DNA of 64,000 nucleotides from the NCBI GenBank assembly GCA_965228975.1, contig OZ245851.1, forward strand, positions 4,917,953 to 4,981,952, written 5' to 3'. The position numbers were made by a program, and so were the translations under genes. The notes under the pieces are model-generated. The model was not told the origin of the DNA. It was given only the letters and a program-made list of their open reading frames with translations, and did no database searches. This DNA comes from Alphaproteobacteria bacterium (GTDB lineage Bacteria > Pseudomonadota > Alphaproteobacteria > UBA8366). Of this stretch, positions 62,162 through 64,000 are shown in pieces. Positions within the stretch are counted from its first letter, which is position 1. Every line of letters begins with the position of its first letter.

Positions 62162-63652
62162 ATGTCCCACTTTCTTTCGACGACGCTCACGCGTCGAGCG
62201 TTCCTAGCATCGACGGGCGCTGTCACGGTCGGTGCGATACTCCCGTTCTCGATCTCCCGACCGGTCCATGCGGCATCTGTGACGGATGTCAGGCTGCGCG
62301 CGGCGCCGGACCGTATCCGCCTTGTCCCTGAACCGCACGGCGAGACACCGGCCTGGTGCTACAACGGCCTCGTCCCCGGCCCGGAGATTCGCGTGCGCCA
62401 GGGCGAGCGCCTGCGGATTGCCGTCGAAAACAGCCTCGACGAAGAGACCACCGTCCACTGGCATGGTGTGCGCTTGCCGAACGCTATGGACGGCGTGCCG
62501 CACCTGACGCAGCGGCCGATCGGCCCAGGCGAGACATTCGTCTACGAGTTTGACGGGGTCGATGCCGGCACCTTTTGGTACCACCCGCACCAGCGCAGCT
62601 TCGAGCAGGTGGGGCGCGGTCTGTATGGCCCGCTTATCGTCGAGGAACCAGAGCCAATCCGGGTCGATCGCGACGTGACCTGGGTGCTCGACGACTGGCG
62701 CCTTACGAAGTCCGCCGCCATCAGCGACGATTTCGGAAACGGGCACGACATGAGCCACAACGGCCGGGTCGGCAACACGGTCACTATCAATGGTCGCGTG
62801 CCGGACACCTTCGTGGCCAAGCAAGGGGAACGGATTCGCCTGCGCCTCATCAACGCCGCGAACGCACGAATATTCGGCCTCGAATTTCAAGGCCACGAAC
62901 CCATGGTGATCGCGCTCGACGGTCAGCCCGTGACGCCCCATGCGCCGGACGGTGGGCTCGTCGCCTTGGGTCCGGCGATGCGCGCCGACGTCGTTCTCGA
63001 CATGGCGGGGAAGCCGGGTAGTCGGGTCTCCGTGATCGACCGGTTCTACCGAGGGCTCGAATACCGGCTGGTCGATCTCGCCTATGACTCCGCGCCGCTC
63101 AGGGACCGTGCGCCCGACTGGTCTTTGGAGCTGCCGGCCAACCCCCTGCCGGAACCCGACCTACGCACCGCCGCTCGTCACGATGTTGCTTTCAACGGCG
63201 GCATGATGGGCGGGATGGTCATGGCCGAGATGGGCGGCAGCATGGGCGATGGTTCATCGGGCGGAATGATGGGTGGTGGCATGATGGGGCGCATGGGCCC
63301 GATGATGGGGATGATGCACTCCGGCAAGATCTGGTTCATCAACGGCAAAGCGGCCGAAGGTCACATCATGGAACCGATGTTGACGCTGGACCGCGACCGG
63401 TCGCACGTCATCGCCATGACCAACGCGACCGCTTGGCATCACCCCATCCACCTGCACGGCCATTCCTTCCGCGTGATCGCGCGCAACGGCCAGCCGACAC
63501 GCCACCGCGAATGGCAGGACACGGTGCTTATGGCGCCGCGTGAAAAGGTCGAGATCGCCCTCGTCGCCGACAACCCCGGCGACTGGATGTTCCACTGCCA
63601 CATCCTCGAACACCAGGCGGGGGGGATGATGGGCGTCATCCGCGTTGCCTGA
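62162..63652 (+). CDS. multicopper oxidase (CopA/PcoA-like) with Tat signal and Met-rich insert
   Basis: Tat-type TRRAFLAS. Cu motifs HWHG, HPIHLHGH, HCHILEHQAGGMM. Insert is GGMMGGMVMAEMGGSMGDGSSGGMMGGGMMGRMGPMMGMMH. Confidence 0.9.
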   Translation: MSHFLSTTLTRRAFLASTGAVTVGAILPFSISRPVHAASVTDVRLRAAPDRIRLVPEPHGETPAWCYNGLVPGPEIRVRQGERLRIAVENSLDEETTVHWHGVRLPNAMDGVPHLTQRPIGPGETFVYEFDGVDAGTFWYHPHQRSFEQVGRGLYGPLIVEEPEPIRVDRDVTWVLDDWRLTKSAAISDDFGNGHDMSHNGRVGNTVTINGRVPDTFVAKQGERIRLRLINAANARIFGLEFQGHEPMVIALDGQPVTPHAPDGGLVALGPAMRADVVLDMAGKPGSRVSVIDRFYRGLEYRLVDLAYDSAPLRDRAPDWSLELPANPLPEPDLRTAARHDVAFNGGMMGGMVMAEMGGSMGDGSSGGMMGGGMMGRMGPMMGMMHSGKIWFINGKAAEGHIMEPMLTLDRDRSHVIAMTNATAWHHPIHLHGHSFRVIARNGQPTRHREWQDTVLMAPREKVEIALVADNPGDWMFHCHILEHQAGGMMGVIRVA

Positions 63653-63666
63653 ACGGAGCACAGGTC

Positions 63667-64000
63667 ATGAAACATTTGCTGGTCGTGCTAACTCTTACCG
63701 CAGCAGCGGCGTTACCCTCCGCTGCTGCCGCCGAGGGCGATGTGGTACGTGGCGCACAGGTGTACCGAGCCTGCGTTGCCTGCCACGCGCTTGAGCCTGG
63801 CCTTCATCTCACCGGCCCGAGCCTTGGCGGTATCTGGAACCGGCCAGCGGGCCGGGCGGAAGGGTTCACCCGCTATTCGGACGCGCTACGCGACGCCGAC
63901 TTTCCCTGGGACGCGGCGGCGTTCAACGCCTGGCTCGCGAACCCTCAGGCGATGATCGAGGGCACTTCGATGGTTTTCCGCGGTATCGCGGACGCGGGTG
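63667..64000 (+). CDS. class I c-type cytochrome (partial, runs off window)
   Basis: Hand translation gives MKHLLVVLTLTAAAALPSAAAAEGDVVRGAQVYRACVACHAL..., a signal peptide plus a CxxCH haem motif. Not in the ORF track because it has no stop inside the window. Confidence 0.75.
   Translation, partial: MKHLLVVLTLTAAAALPSAAAAEGDVVRGAQVYRACVACHALEPGLHLTGPSLGGIWNRPAGRAEGFTRYSDALRDADFPWDAAAFNAWLANPQAMIEGTSMVFRGIADAG

Overview
High-GC, alphaproteobacterial-looking (Rhizobiales-like by gene content; this is an inference) accessory DNA, heavily mosaic and IS-ridden. All coordinates and alignments were done by eye, with no computation or database search.

Layout from left to right:
- (1) 1-6.2 kb, minus strand: an operon for a group-4 (FHL/Ech-type) membrane [NiFe]-hydrogenase. 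It is unusually preceded by HydB/HydG (AsrA/AsrB)-like Fe-S/flavoprotein genes. A perfect FNR/FixK box lies upstream, with a divergent stand-alone cNMP-binding protein.
- (2) 9.0-13.4 kb: a translationally coupled E1alpha-E1beta-E2 2-oxoacid dehydrogenase plus an amino-acid dehydrogenase operon.
- (3) Two decayed IS6-family copies in direct orientation (13.4 kb and 52.5 kb) bracket about 38 kb of cargo:
  - a LysR/azoreductase unit;
  - an AT-rich, gene-less segment carrying an AATTCCCTGTT motif array;
  - a three-gene cassette of unknown function with mosaic tandem paralogs;
  - tRNA-Ala(GGC);
  - a roughly 7 kb capsid-less element (serine recombinase, DUF2924, DUF3489, terminase, ParB-methylase);
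  - a cobalt-type nitrile hydratase cluster;
  - an IS3 element that truncates a response regulator;
  - a MerR-family regulator with a Zn/Cd/Pb-type P1B-ATPase;
  - a large periplasmic thiol/copper-handling cluster (DsbB/DsbA/ScsB, DUF411, 2x SCO, PCuAC, CtaG-like, M23, LspA, cupredoxin, M16).
- (4) 51.2-54.7 kb: an IS graveyard (IS3 fragment, IS110 pseudogene, IS6 copies, an orphan IS6 end).
- (5) 54.8-64 kb: a non-canonical Hg-type MerR operon (thioredoxin-like, HMA, outer-membrane barrel, NHL propeller, YnfA), then a merR/merTP-F-A operon, then a multicopper oxidase and a cytochrome c.

No rRNA genes or CRISPR arrays were seen.

The best candidates for undescribed biology are the hybrid hydrogenase, the non-canonical MerR operon, the tandem 2-TM paralog cassette beside the tRNA, the packaging-only element, and the motif-array segment.
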